DNA of 64,000 bases from an uncultured bacterium (GTDB lineage Bacteria > UBP6 > UBA1177). A program made the translations under genes and the position numbers. The notes below the pieces were generated by a model, which worked only from the letters and a program-made list of their open reading frames with translations, was not told the origin of the DNA and searched no databases. The DNA is taken from the NCBI GenBank assembly GCA_905235605.1, contig CAJOMF010000002.1, forward strand, positions 4,918 to 68,917, given 5' to 3'. The first letter of the stretch is position 1, and every line of letters starts with the position of its first letter. Of this stretch, positions 50,066-60,100 are shown piece by piece.

Positions 50066-51187
50066 CTATTGTTTTTTTACAGGTTTGCCGAGCTGGAGTT
50101 TCATATTGGGATTCGGTGTCTGTTCTCCGCCGTTCTTTTTAAGCTCTTCCTGCTGCTTGCGGATCTGTTCAAGCTGTTCTTTCGTAAGGATCGGTTTCTG
50201 CAGTTTCGGTTTCTGCTGGTTTTTGTCGAAATTTTCAGAAGCTGTTTTTGCACTTTCCGAAGCGGAGATTTCGATTGCAAGAGCTGCATCCTTGTTGAAT
50301 TTGAATCCAAGTTCCTTTTTGTAGCTTTCAATCATATCGTTGTAAGCCGTTTTCCTCTTTTCGGTTTTGAGAGTGTTCTCAATGTTTGCCTTGACATCTT
50401 CGAAAGTTTTTTCAACTTTGTCTTTTTTGCCGGTCAGTTTGATGATGTGGAAACCGAACTGAGATTCAACCGGTTTGCTGATGTCGCCGACATTCTGAAG
50501 CGCGAAAGCGCCGTCGCTGAACTCTTTGACCATGCTTCCGCCTTCTTCCGTCCTCTGGAAGTAGCCGAGATCGCCGCCTCTTTTCCTGGAACCGTCGTCT
50601 TCACTGTATTTTTCTGCAAGTTTAGCGAAACTTCCCATATCTTTTGCACCTTTTTCAGCTTCAGCGGCAACTTTTTCTGCAAGTTTTCTTGCAGCTTCCT
50701 TGTCTCTGGAATCAGTTATTTTGATGAGAATGTGGCTCGCTTTGATTTTTTCCGGGGTGTTGAAAGTATCTTTCTTTTCTTCATAATACTTCTTCATTTC
50801 GTCTTCGGAAATTTTAAGGCTCTCTTCGATCTGAACTTTCATCTTCGTGCCGCTGTAATACCTTGCGATCGTGTTTTTTATCTGGGAAAGAAGGATCGGA
50901 TCGTCAAGAGCGCCGTCTTTTATAGCTTTCATTGCTACAAGCTCACCTTCAGCGATTTTCGTCATAAGCTCTTCCTTTCTTTCCGGAGTGTTGTAACGGG
51001 CTTTGAGATAATCGTTGAGATTGTCGACATAAGTTTTTATGTATTTTTCACTGAGTTTTACACCGCCGAATTCGGCAATCGTTTTCCCGCCTTCATTCGG
51101 ATAAATCACCACTTTCCCGGAATCGTTGCAGCAACCTGAAAAAGCTGCCAGCAGAGCAAACACAACAACAACCAATGATTTTTTCAT
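50066..51187 (-). CDS. PrsA/SurA-like parvulin-type PPIase lipoprotein
   Basis: Lipobox AFSGC. PpiC domain (SQFGFHIIKL). Confidence 0.7.
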   Translation of the reverse strand: MKKSLVVVVFALLAAFSGCCNDSGKVVIYPNEGGKTIAEFGGVKLSEKYIKTYVDNLNDYLKARYNTPERKEELMTKIAEGELVAMKAIKDGALDDPILLSQIKNTIARYYSGTKMKVQIEESLKISEDEMKKYYEEKKDTFNTPEKIKASHILIKITDSRDKEAARKLAEKVAAEAEKGAKDMGSFAKLAEKYSEDDGSRKRGGDLGYFQRTEEGGSMVKEFSDGAFALQNVGDISKPVESQFGFHIIKLTGKKDKVEKTFEDVKANIENTLKTEKRKTAYNDMIESYKKELGFKFNKDAALAIEISASESAKTASENFDKNQQKPKLQKPILTKEQLEQIRKQQEELKKNGGEQTPNPNMKLQLGKPVKKQ

Positions 51188-51345
51188 AACAACCTCCTTT
51201 AATATAAATAAACTAAACCGTCAGAAACGGAAAAAACATATTATTAAAGCCAAATCGCGATTTAAGTCAAGAAATCAGAGAAGTCAGATCACGTTTGGAA
51301 TTCGCCGGAAGGTTCCTTTGAAAACAGCGTAATCTCTTTGAAAAC

Positions 51346-51373
51346 TTGACATTCGGACTTTTCTGCATAAAAT
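51346..51373 (+). promoter_or_regulatory. Sigma70-like promoter of rpsT
   Basis: TTGACA(51346-51), 16-nt spacer, TAAAAT(51368-73). Confidence 0.4.
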
Positions 51374-51422
51374 GCGCCGGTTTTTGGTTCCGTGAGACTT
51401 AAATTTATGAATGGAGGATATT

Positions 51423-51695
51423 TTGGCTCACCACAAATCGGCAAAAAAAAGAATTAGAACAAGTGAAAAAAGAAGACTTTACAACCGTTCTATCAAATCA
51501 AGAGTAAAAACTTTCTCGCACTACTTTGAAGCTGCGGCTGAAACAGCTGAAAACCGCGAAGATGCAGTTGCAAAACTCAACACCGCTATAAGCGAGATCC
51601 AGAAGGCTGCAAGCAAGGGCGTTCTTCATAAAAACACCGCTGCAAGAAAGGTCGCAAGACTTGCGCGCCAGTTCAACAGAACTTTTTCAAAGTAA
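51423..51695 (+). CDS. rpsT: 30S ribosomal protein S20, TTG start
   Basis: AHHKSAKKRIRTSEKRRLYNRSIKS. GGAGGA(51413-18) sits 4 nt before TTG. E. coli rpsT also starts with UUG. Confidence 0.8.
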   Translation: MAHHKSAKKRIRTSEKRRLYNRSIKSRVKTFSHYFEAAAETAENREDAVAKLNTAISEIQKAASKGVLHKNTAARKVARLARQFNRTFSK

Positions 51696-51698
51696 GAT

Positions 51699-52934
51699 TT
51701 GAAATACTCTCTCATACTCCGAAATATTTCTGAAATTTTCACAGCCACAGATTTGTCTCCTGTTTTAAAGGGTCAAGATCTTATGATGGCGGCAGATGAA
51801 AACGGCAGGATATCTTTTGTCGGTGAAAGCGGTGATTTCAGAAAAACAGAGCCTGATTTCGACACAAATTTCAGGGAAGTCATCGTTGACGCAGAGGGGA
51901 AAGCGGTGTTCCCCGGACTCGTTGACAGCCACACGCATCTTGTTTTTGCAGCTACCCGCGAAGACGAATTCGCTATGAAATCGAGAGGCGCGACCTACGA
52001 AGAGATCGCGGCTGCCGGCGGCGGAATAATAAACAGCACCGTCAAAACGAAGAAAGCGTCGCTTGAAGAAATAGTCGAACAGGCTTCGAAACGTCTTTCC
52101 CAGCTTGTTTCCTACGGCGTAACGACTGTCGAGATAAAGTCGGGATACGGACTTGACACCGAAAGCGAACTCAAACTGCTCACCGCGATCGCAGAACTCA
52201 AAAAGCGCTTCCCGATCGAGATCGTTCCGACGTTCCTCGGTGCTCACGCCTATCCGCCTGAGTTCAAAAACGACCACGAAGGCTACATCAATCTCATAAA
52301 CAACGAGATGCTGCCTGAAATAAAGACCCGCAACCTTGCCGAATTCGCCGATGTTTTCTGCGAAGAGGGCTACTTTTCGCTCAAAGAGACCGAAAAACTC
52401 ATGGTCAGGGCTAAAGAGCTCGGTTTCGGGCTCAAACTCCACGCCGATGAATTCCACTCTCTCGGCGGAACGGAACTTGCTGCCGAAATGGGAGCCGCGT
52501 CAGTCGATCACCTTGAAGCAATAAGCAATCTCGGCATTAAAAAACTTGCAGAAAACGGCGTTGTCGCAGGCGTTCTGCCGATAACTTCGGTATTTTCGCG
52601 CCTTCCTTTCGCTCCGGCGCGCAAGATGCTTGAAAACGGCGTAACTGTTGCTCTTGCAACCGACATGAACCCGGGAAGCTGCATGTGCGGGTTCCTTCCG
52701 CTCGCTGCAAGTTTAGGTGCGACCCAGCTCCGCCTCAGCGTTGAAGAATCACTCAAAGGGATCACCATCAACGGCGCAAAATCGCTTAAAAGAGATAAAA
52801 CCAAAGGCTCGATCGAAGTTGGTAAAGACGCTGACCTCGTCATCATGGATTCTCCGAGCGTCGCCTACCCGATATACCACTTCGCACACAACCACTGCGA
52901 AAAAGTTTTCGTCAAAGGCAGAAGAATCGTCTGA
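51699..52934 (+). CDS. hutI: Imidazolonepropionase-like amidohydrolase
   Basis: DSHTHLVF metal-binding HxH plus downstream His/Asp ligands. 411 aa. Confidence 0.75.
   Translation: MKYSLILRNISEIFTATDLSPVLKGQDLMMAADENGRISFVGESGDFRKTEPDFDTNFREVIVDAEGKAVFPGLVDSHTHLVFAATREDEFAMKSRGATYEEIAAAGGGIINSTVKTKKASLEEIVEQASKRLSQLVSYGVTTVEIKSGYGLDTESELKLLTAIAELKKRFPIEIVPTFLGAHAYPPEFKNDHEGYINLINNEMLPEIKTRNLAEFADVFCEEGYFSLKETEKLMVRAKELGFGLKLHADEFHSLGGTELAAEMGAASVDHLEAISNLGIKKLAENGVVAGVLPITSVFSRLPFAPARKMLENGVTVALATDMNPGSCMCGFLPLAASLGATQLRLSVEESLKGITINGAKSLKRDKTKGSIEVGKDADLVIMDSPSVAYPIYHFAHNHCEKVFVKGRRIV
52719..52934 (+). repeat. Left copy of the hutI 3'-end direct repeat (about 85 percent identical to 54395-54610)
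   Basis: Base-by-base comparison of the last roughly 216 nt of hutI with the orphan copy downstream of abiEii. Confidence 0.8.
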
Positions 52935-52965
52935 TAAAATCCGGAAAAGGGTGTTTTGAACGAGC

Positions 52966-53031
52966 TTGACATGTTTTTTTTTGAGTATAAGATTTGATCT
53001 GTTGTATGTTGAAATGTAAAATCAACATACA
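52966..53031 (+). promoter_or_regulatory. abiE promoter with 10-bp perfect inverted-repeat operator
   Basis: TTGACA(52966-71), 16-nt spacer, TAAGAT(52988-93). IR TGTATGTTGA(53003-12), 9 nt, TCAACATACA(53022-31) just upstream of the abiEi ATG. Confidence 0.45.
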
Positions 53032-53053
53032 TTTAGTCTAAAACGGAGCGCAA

Positions 53054-53596
53054 ATGATATACACATACAGCGACTGTATTAAAATTTACAAATCGGATTA
53101 TCAGATAAAAAAAGCTGTCAGCAGCGGACGGATTTTTCAGATAGAAAAGGGGATTTACGCTGACAAACCGGATGTTTCCGTATTGGCGGTGATAGCGGCG
53201 AAGTATCCTGATGTGATAATTACGATGGATACGGCGTTTTTCTATCACGGACTGACAGATGTCGTCCCCGATGAATACTGCATTGCGACACCGGAGTCAT
53301 CAAGAGCCTTGCGTGACAAACGTATCCGGCAGTTTTTTGTCAATACCGACATTCTGAATTTAGGGGTGATGACGGCCAATCGCGGCGATGCTGTTTTCAA
53401 AATGTATGACCGCGAGCGTATGCTAATCGAACTTTTGAGATTCAAAAACAAGCTTCCCTATGATTATTACAAGGAAATTCTCGGAAATTACAGGCATATT
53501 ATCTATGAAATGGATATTGAGCGCGTTCAGGAATATGCATCGTTTTTCCCGAGACACAAGATGATCAGCGAAGCATTGGACTCGGAGGTCTTTTGA
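53054..53596 (+). CDS. abiEi: AbiEi-family type IV toxin-antitoxin antitoxin
   Basis: 180 aa. N-terminal AbiEi_4-like wHTH region YSDCIKIY...IFQIEKGIYA. 4-nt overlap with abiEii. Confidence 0.65.
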   Translation: MIYTYSDCIKIYKSDYQIKKAVSSGRIFQIEKGIYADKPDVSVLAVIAAKYPDVIITMDTAFFYHGLTDVVPDEYCIATPESSRALRDKRIRQFFVNTDILNLGVMTANRGDAVFKMYDRERMLIELLRFKNKLPYDYYKEILGNYRHIIYEMDIERVQEYASFFPRHKMISEALDSEVF

Positions 53597-54420
53597 TGGC
53601 GGTTATTGATGAAATGCTGCACGCAGCCAACGAAGAGGGCTTTTTCAATGAAAGTGCTGAATCCAAGGTTTGTCAGGATATAGTTTTAAAAGCACTTGCA
53701 GAAAGTTCCTTCAACCGAAATGTCACTATAAAAGGCGGCGTTGTTATGAGAAGTATCACTAAAAGTGCGCGGAGAGCCACCCAGGACATGGATATCGACT
53801 TTATCCGTTACTCTCTGAATGACGATTCAATCCGGCTATTTATAGATAAACTCAACTGCTTGCCCGATATTCGCATCGAACAGAGTGGAGAAATAGAAGA
53901 ATTGAGGCAGGAGGATTATTTCGGAAAACGTGTTCACATAATAATATCAGATAGCAGCGGAAAGGCTATTGAAAGCAAGGTCGATATCGGTGTGCATAAG
54001 CACATGGATATTGCACAGGAGGAGTTTTGTTTTGACATCGCCTGTTTTGAAGATGGAGCGAACCTTTTGATTAACTCCAGGGAGCAGATGTTTGTGGAAA
54101 AACTGCGTTCGTTGTTAAAGTTCGGCGCAAATTCTACGCGATTTAAAGATATTTTTGATTTATGCTATTTATCGGATTCAGTTGATAGAAAAAAACTTGA
54201 AACCTGTTTTGAGACATTTGTATTCCTGAATTCTGGAATGAGGGAAAATTCAACGCAGGATGTTGTTCGCAGAGTTGAAAAGACCTTTTCAAATCCAAAG
54301 TATGTCGCCAGGCTTTCAACTTCGAGGAAGAATTGGCTCGATATGCCGGTAGAGGAAGTGCTTTTAAAACTGAAAAAGTTTTTGAGGTCGTTGAGCGACT
54401 CAGCTCAAACTCAGCGTTGA
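53593..54420 (+). CDS. abiEii: AbiEii/AbiGii-family nucleotidyltransferase toxin (DUF1814)
   Basis: 275 aa. N-terminal motif KGGVVMRSI...R.T.DMDIDF. The last codons (QTQR) read into the duplicated hutI fragment in another frame, so the true C-terminus is uncertain. Confidence 0.7.
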   Translation: MMAVIDEMLHAANEEGFFNESAESKVCQDIVLKALAESSFNRNVTIKGGVVMRSITKSARRATQDMDIDFIRYSLNDDSIRLFIDKLNCLPDIRIEQSGEIEELRQEDYFGKRVHIIISDSSGKAIESKVDIGVHKHMDIAQEEFCFDIACFEDGANLLINSREQMFVEKLRSLLKFGANSTRFKDIFDLCYLSDSVDRKKLETCFETFVFLNSGMRENSTQDVVRRVEKTFSNPKYVARLSTSRKNWLDMPVEEVLLKLKKFLRSLSDSAQTQR

Positions 54421-54610
54421 AGAATCGCTCAAAGGAATCACGATAAACGGCGCGAAATCGCTCAGAAGAGACAAAACCAAAGGCTCTATCGAAACCGGCA
54501 AGGATGCAGACCTCGTCATCATGGATTCACCGAGCGTCGCATATCCGATCTACCACTTTGCACACAACCACTGCGAAAAAGTGTTTGTGAAAGGGGAAAG
54601 GATCATCTGA
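54395..54610 (+). pseudogene. Orphan hutI 3' fragment (right repeat copy)
   Basis: Encodes ...SVEESLKGITINGAKSLRRDKTKGSIETGKDADLVIMDSPSVAYPIYHFAHNHCEKVFVKGERII*, matching the hutI C-terminus. No start or upstream gene body. Confidence 0.7.
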
Positions 54611-54753
54611 CATTTTTCTTTCCTTGCAATAAAATTTTTTTTAAGGATTGAGTTCAGTTTTACTTTTACTATTAAACTCAGAAAACTTGCTATCACCTTG
54701 AAATTCCCTAAAATATCGCGGTTTTTTGAATGATTCGTTTTTTGAGGATAAAA

Positions 54754-56331
54754 ATGAAAAAAATCGTTGTTTTATTTTTAGTTTTGGCTGTTTTTAGTAT
54801 AAATTTCACTCTTTTTGCCGATGATGATGACAAGCAAAAGTTGGCAGTAATGGAATTTGAGGACAAAAGCGGCAAACTTTCCGAAACGACTCTTTCCAAT
54901 GCAACAGAATACATTCGAGGGGAATTTGTCGCCTCGAATAAATTCATTGTTATCGCCAAAGAGAGGCAGGAAAACGCGATTATAAAACAGATGAAAAAGG
55001 AATCTTACAAACTCTGCAACGACAAAAACTGTCAGATTCCGCTCGGTCAGGCACTTTCGGCAGATACGATTTTAAGAACGACGATTACATTCTTTGCACA
55101 GAAATTCACTATAACTTCAGAACTTATAGATCTTGCCGGAGAGGCGACAACAAAAGGTGCAAAAGCGACTTTCGACGGTAGCGAAGAATCCTTGAACGAA
55201 GCTCTTGACAGCATTGTTGCCCAGATCATCGGACGCAAAAAACAAAAAGCCGCTTTTCAGCAGGGGCGTTTCGGCGGCAAAGATGAAGATTGGGATATCG
55301 GCACTGGAGAAGAGACGATCGTCAAATTCGAGAGCAGTCCGAGCGGTGCTGTCGTCATTGCGGACGGCAAAATCATCTGTCAATCGACACCGTGTTCAAA
55401 ACTGTTGACGCAGGGAAATCACGAAATCGAGATGCAGAAAGAAAACTATGTGCCTAAAGTCAAAAAAGGAAAAATCACCGAAGGCAAAACTATCAAATAC
55501 AAGCTTGAACCTGACTTTGCATATCTCTCAGTCAGCGGCAACTATGCGGTTTCTCTCAAACTTGACGGCGCAAATATCGGTGAAATTCCGATAAAAGATA
55601 AGGCTATCAGCACTGGTAATCACAGAATTGAACACTCGGACGGCTGTTTTTATGATTCAGGCGAAACATTTACCGTCCAACGAGGTGAGAAAAAAGCGAT
55701 CAAGCTCAATTTGGAACCACGCGAATCAGCAATCAAAGTTTATGCGCAGGATGAAAGCGGCAATGACATTGAAGCCGATGTTTTTGTGGATGACAAAAAA
55801 GTCGGCAAAGCACCTGGCACATTCAAAGTTCCGCTCTGCAGTAAAAAACTGGTCGTCAAAAACGGAGATTTTGAATATTCCGAAGAACTTTCACTCAAAG
55901 AAAAGCAGGTCAAAACTCTTCAAGCCAAACGTAAACAAAGATTTCAGTGGTCGAACAAGGCTCCGGATAGAATGAGCATGTATGATGCTGTAAATTACTG
56001 CAGAAACCTGAATGAAGGTGGACATAACGACTGGAGACTTCCGAATATCGACGAATTGAGAACACTTATTCAAAATCATTCTGGTACACAGAGCGGCGGC
56101 TTATGCCCGATTTCCGAGAAAGCGGGAAAACTTGCAAGGAGCGATTGGACGAATAACTGTGACGACGGAAGTGGCAATAATTTCAGCAAACTTGGCGATA
56201 CCGACTGGTTCTGGTCTTCCTCGTCAGATGGTAGAGGTTACGCATGGCGCGTGGGTTTCAACGGCGGCTACGTGGGTCTCCGCCAAACGTACAGCGGCGG
56301 CAATGTCAGGTGTGTGAGGGGCAAAGAATAG
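54754..56331 (+). CDS. Secreted PEGA-repeat protein with C-terminal DUF1566 (Fib_succ_major/Lcl-C) domain
   Basis: Signal peptide MKKIVVLFLVLAVFSINFTLFA. Three PEGA-like units (SSPSGAVVIADGK..., SGNYAVSLKLDGAN..., EADVFVDDKKVGKAPG). C-terminus HNDWRLPNIDELRTL...NVRCVRG. Confidence 0.6.
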   Translation: MKKIVVLFLVLAVFSINFTLFADDDDKQKLAVMEFEDKSGKLSETTLSNATEYIRGEFVASNKFIVIAKERQENAIIKQMKKESYKLCNDKNCQIPLGQALSADTILRTTITFFAQKFTITSELIDLAGEATTKGAKATFDGSEESLNEALDSIVAQIIGRKKQKAAFQQGRFGGKDEDWDIGTGEETIVKFESSPSGAVVIADGKIICQSTPCSKLLTQGNHEIEMQKENYVPKVKKGKITEGKTIKYKLEPDFAYLSVSGNYAVSLKLDGANIGEIPIKDKAISTGNHRIEHSDGCFYDSGETFTVQRGEKKAIKLNLEPRESAIKVYAQDESGNDIEADVFVDDKKVGKAPGTFKVPLCSKKLVVKNGDFEYSEELSLKEKQVKTLQAKRKQRFQWSNKAPDRMSMYDAVNYCRNLNEGGHNDWRLPNIDELRTLIQNHSGTQSGGLCPISEKAGKLARSDWTNNCDDGSGNNFSKLGDTDWFWSSSSDGRGYAWRVGFNGGYVGLRQTYSGGNVRCVRGKE

Positions 56332-56358
56332 GAATTGGAAATTTTTGGAGAGAAAAAA

Positions 56359-56753
56359 TGAGTAAAATTTTTACCTTAACAAAGATTGCAAATTTTATAA
56401 CCAAATATGGAATCCAAAACACAAATATAAAAAAAGATGTCAATTATACTTATGTCATAGACATTAATGGCGATGTGAATTTAAGCAATAAGAATCTTAC
56501 CGATCCTGATATGACCGCCAAATTTGGAAAGGTAACTGGAAACTTTGAGTGCCAAAACAATAATTTGACTTCTTTGGATTTCGCTCCGGATTGTGTCGGC
56601 GGTGACTTCAAATGTTCATATAATAACATCAATGATTTCGATAATCTACCCATAAAGCATGTCGGGGGTAATTTTTATGCTTATGGCGCAGAACCAGATA
56701 AATTATCCAAATTAAAAAGCATCGTCAAAGGCAAAATTTATCCAAGCTATTAG
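56359..56753 (+). CDS. Small hypothetical protein with LRR-like N/C-rich repeats
   Basis: 131 aa from ATG 56359. Repeats of GNFECQNNNLTSLDF / GGDFKCSYNNINDFDNL. Confidence 0.35.
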
Positions 56754-57134
56754 AAAAAAAACGAAATCCTAGAAAAATGATTGCGGGGTTAACTGCCCGC
56801 GCTCCGGCACACCGCGAGTTAAATAAAATTTAAAAATTTTTCAAATCGATATTGGCAAAACCTGAAAAGCGAGTATCGTCTTGACTAATAGTCCCTCTCA
56901 CGCTTCCCGTAAGATCAGCGCACCAGAGAGGGCTTCGATTTTTTGGAATCAGATTTCAGATGAAATACACAAAATCCCCGATTTCAGTTGAAGAACAAAT
57001 CGAGAAACTTGAAAAACGCAGCTTGAATTTCTTGGACAAATTTTCAACAAATTCCGTAAAATCCCTATTACACTTGAAATAATATTTTTTAAAAATATAA
57101 GGTTGCAGCTGTTTTTTTTGTAATTGGAGGAAAA

Positions 57135-60100
57135 ATGCAGGAGCGTCTTGGAATTGATATCGGTTCGACATTCATCACCGTTTTTTCGCAGAATAAAAAT
57201 AAAGTCGTTTTCCGTGTGAGACACAGCGGAAAAATATCGGAATCGCTGAAAAAGATTTTTGCAGATACGGATAGTGATACTTTAGTCCGTTTTACGGGAA
57301 AAACGGCTGCCGAATTTTCAGGAGTCGTCAAAGACCTCTGCATTTCAGAGGCTGAGGCGATAAACGCGGCACTCAAAAACGAGAAATTTTTTGGCGGGAA
57401 GGATTTCGCGATCATAAGTATCGGAGCGTCGTCGCTTAAAAAATACACAATAAAATCAGGCACGATCTCAGATATTTCGTCGAATTCGCTCTGCGCTTCC
57501 GGAACGGGACTTTTTCTGGAAGAACAGGCCGAAAGGCTTTCCATCGACCTTGAAAACATGCCGGCTTTGGATATTGCCGAGCCGCCGTCGATAGCGAGCA
57601 GATGCACGGTTTTTGCAAAAAGCGACCTTATCCACCACCAGCAGGAAGGGCGCACGAAAGACGAAATGTGGGCTGGAATGTGCCGCGCACTCGTCATTTC
57701 GGCGACGAACACCCTTTTCAAAGGGCTTGAGATCAAAGGAAATTTCCTTCTTATCGGCGGAGTCAGTCTGAATAAAGAGGTCGTCCGCTGGTTCAGAACT
57801 CTTTTCCCAACATCCGTCTGGCTCGTTCCCGAGTTCAGCGAAGCCTTTGTGGCTAAAGGGGCGGCCGAAAGCGCATGCATAAAAGTAACAGAGATCGATC
57901 CCGACAAATTTTCTCACTCCGCAGCATTTGAAAAAATGCCGCCGCTCACGCTGAAAAAAAGCATTTACCCGCAGTTTACAGAGCCGACTCTTGATGACGA
58001 AAACAACGAAATAAGGATCCACAAGGCAAATTACCGCGAAATCCCTGAGGCGATCCTCGGCATGGATATCGGTTCGACAAGCACAAAAATAGCACTGCTT
58101 GACCTCAAAGGAGAGCCGGTCCTCGATATTTACAGAAAGACCGGCGGAGACCCGGTAAACGCAGCGAAAAAGCTCTTCAAAGCGCTTTATTCACTCATAG
58201 ATCCGGCAAAAACAACGATCCGGGCCTTCGGAACGACGGGTTCAGGGAGAAAACTTTCAGGGATAATCTTCGGCGCCGACGCGATAATAAACGAGATCAC
58301 TGCCCACGCAAAAGGAACTGCTTCGATATTTCCCGAAGTCGAGACGATCTTTGAAATAGGCGGTCAGGATGCAAAGTTCATCAGGCTTTCACACGGTTTC
58401 GTGACTGACGTCAACATGAACTATGTCTGCGCGGCGGGAACGGGATCTTTTGTCGAGGAGCAGGCGAGAAAACTCGGTATTCCGATAAATCTTGCGGGAA
58501 AACTTACGGAACATGTAGCGCCGCCCGTAACGAGCGACCGCTGCACAGTATTTATGGAGCAGGATATCCGCTCTCTTCTGCAGCAGGGTTTCGACAAAAA
58601 TGAAGTTTTGGCCGCAGTTCACTACTCCGTTGTCAAAAACTATCTCAACAGAGTCGTAGGAAACCGCAAGATCAGCAGGGACAAAATATTCTTCCAGGGT
58701 GCAACGGCTAGAAACAAAGGGCTTGTCGCGGCATTTGAGAACCTCTTGAATGTCGAGATGGTGGTCTCCCCATTCTGCCACGTCATGGGCTGCATCGGCG
58801 CGGCTCTGGTCGCTTTTGAAGAGGTCAAAGCTGAGGGGGTTGCCAAAAAATCATCGTTCAGAGGTGCTGAATCGGCGACTATCGAAGTGACATCGAGGAC
58901 AGAGACATGCAAACTCTGCAGCAACTTCTGCCGGATCAACCACATCTCAGAAAAGGGCGGAAAAGAGTCGTCCTGGGGTTACGGCTGCGGAAGGGATCCG
59001 GAAACGCCTGTCCGCAAGGAAATAAAGGAATTCGAGCTTATAAAGCATAGAAATTCATCGTTTTTCAAAAACTTTCTCACGGAAAAAGAGAGCATCGGAA
59101 AGGTAGGGCTTCCGCTTGCAGTTTCTACTTGGACTTTTCTTCCGCTCTGGAAGAAGATGTTCTCGCTTTTAAACATCGAGACCGTTGTTTCGGCAACTCA
59201 GACAACACATGAAATCAAAGGGCTTTCGTCAAAATACTCGGCATCCGATTTCTGTTTCCCTGTAAAAACTTCGATCGGACACGCACTTGAACTGACAAAT
59301 AAGGGGCTGCCCGTTTTCTTTCCGACGCTGATCTCAGCAGGTGACAATGTAAAAACGGCGATCAGTTTCTTCTGTCCTTACGTCCAGAGCAATCCGTCGA
59401 TAATATCGACCGTCATGGAAAAGAACGGGCTCGACCCGAAATCGAAGATAATAGACCCTGTCATCGACTTCAGAATGTCGGACGACAAAAACGGAACCCT
59501 CATTTTCAAAGCTTTTGCGCCCTTCTTCCCGTCACTCAAGGAAAAGCAGGTGCGTAAAGCATGGAAAGAGGCGCGCGATTACTACAAAAGCGAGACAACA
59601 AGGCTTATCGACGAAGGTGAGGCTTTCCTTAAAAATGCGCAGAAAGAGAAAAAACCGCTGTTTCTGCTTGTGGGAAGACCTTACAACCTTTACGACAAAG
59701 GGATCAATCTCGGCATTCCCGAAACTATTGCCGGAATGGGTTACAACGTCCTTCCGATCGACATGATGCATATAAACGTCGGCTCGCTCGCAGACACCAA
59801 CTACTGGAATTTATTCTGGAACTACGGGCAGAAGATAATCGCAGCGATCAAACGTGCGAAAAAGGAGGAAAACGTCTTTCCGATATACCTCACCAACTTC
59901 TCATGCGGGCCAGACAGCTTCATCCTCTCTTTCGCCGAAAACGAAATGAAAGGCAGACCCATGCTCATTCTGGAGCTTGACGAACACTCAAGCGACGGCG
60001 GATATCTCACACGTATCGAGGCTTTCATCGATGTCGTAAAAGGATATATGAAAAACAGGCCGGAACAAAGCGAAAAGCCGCTTCCAGACATCTATCTTGC

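Larger units (their letters stand above)
52935..54610 (+). mobile_element. About 1.45-kb AbiEi/AbiEii islet inserted at the hutI 3' end, bounded by divergent hutI 3'-end copies
   Basis: The two-gene abortive-infection module lies exactly between two imperfect copies of the hutI terminal approximately 216 bp. No integrase is present. Confidence 0.5.

Noticed and set aside
49961-51139. 392-aa plus-strand ORF
   Set aside because: F-rich low-complexity antisense of the two PPIase genes.
56910-56935. RNase P RNA-like AGCGCACCAG element
   Set aside because: Only one conserved block matches. The CR-I/CR-V motifs and the overall helical layout are not found.
57089-57907. 272-aa minus-strand ORF
   Set aside because: Antisense to the 5' part of the 1373-aa activase gene.
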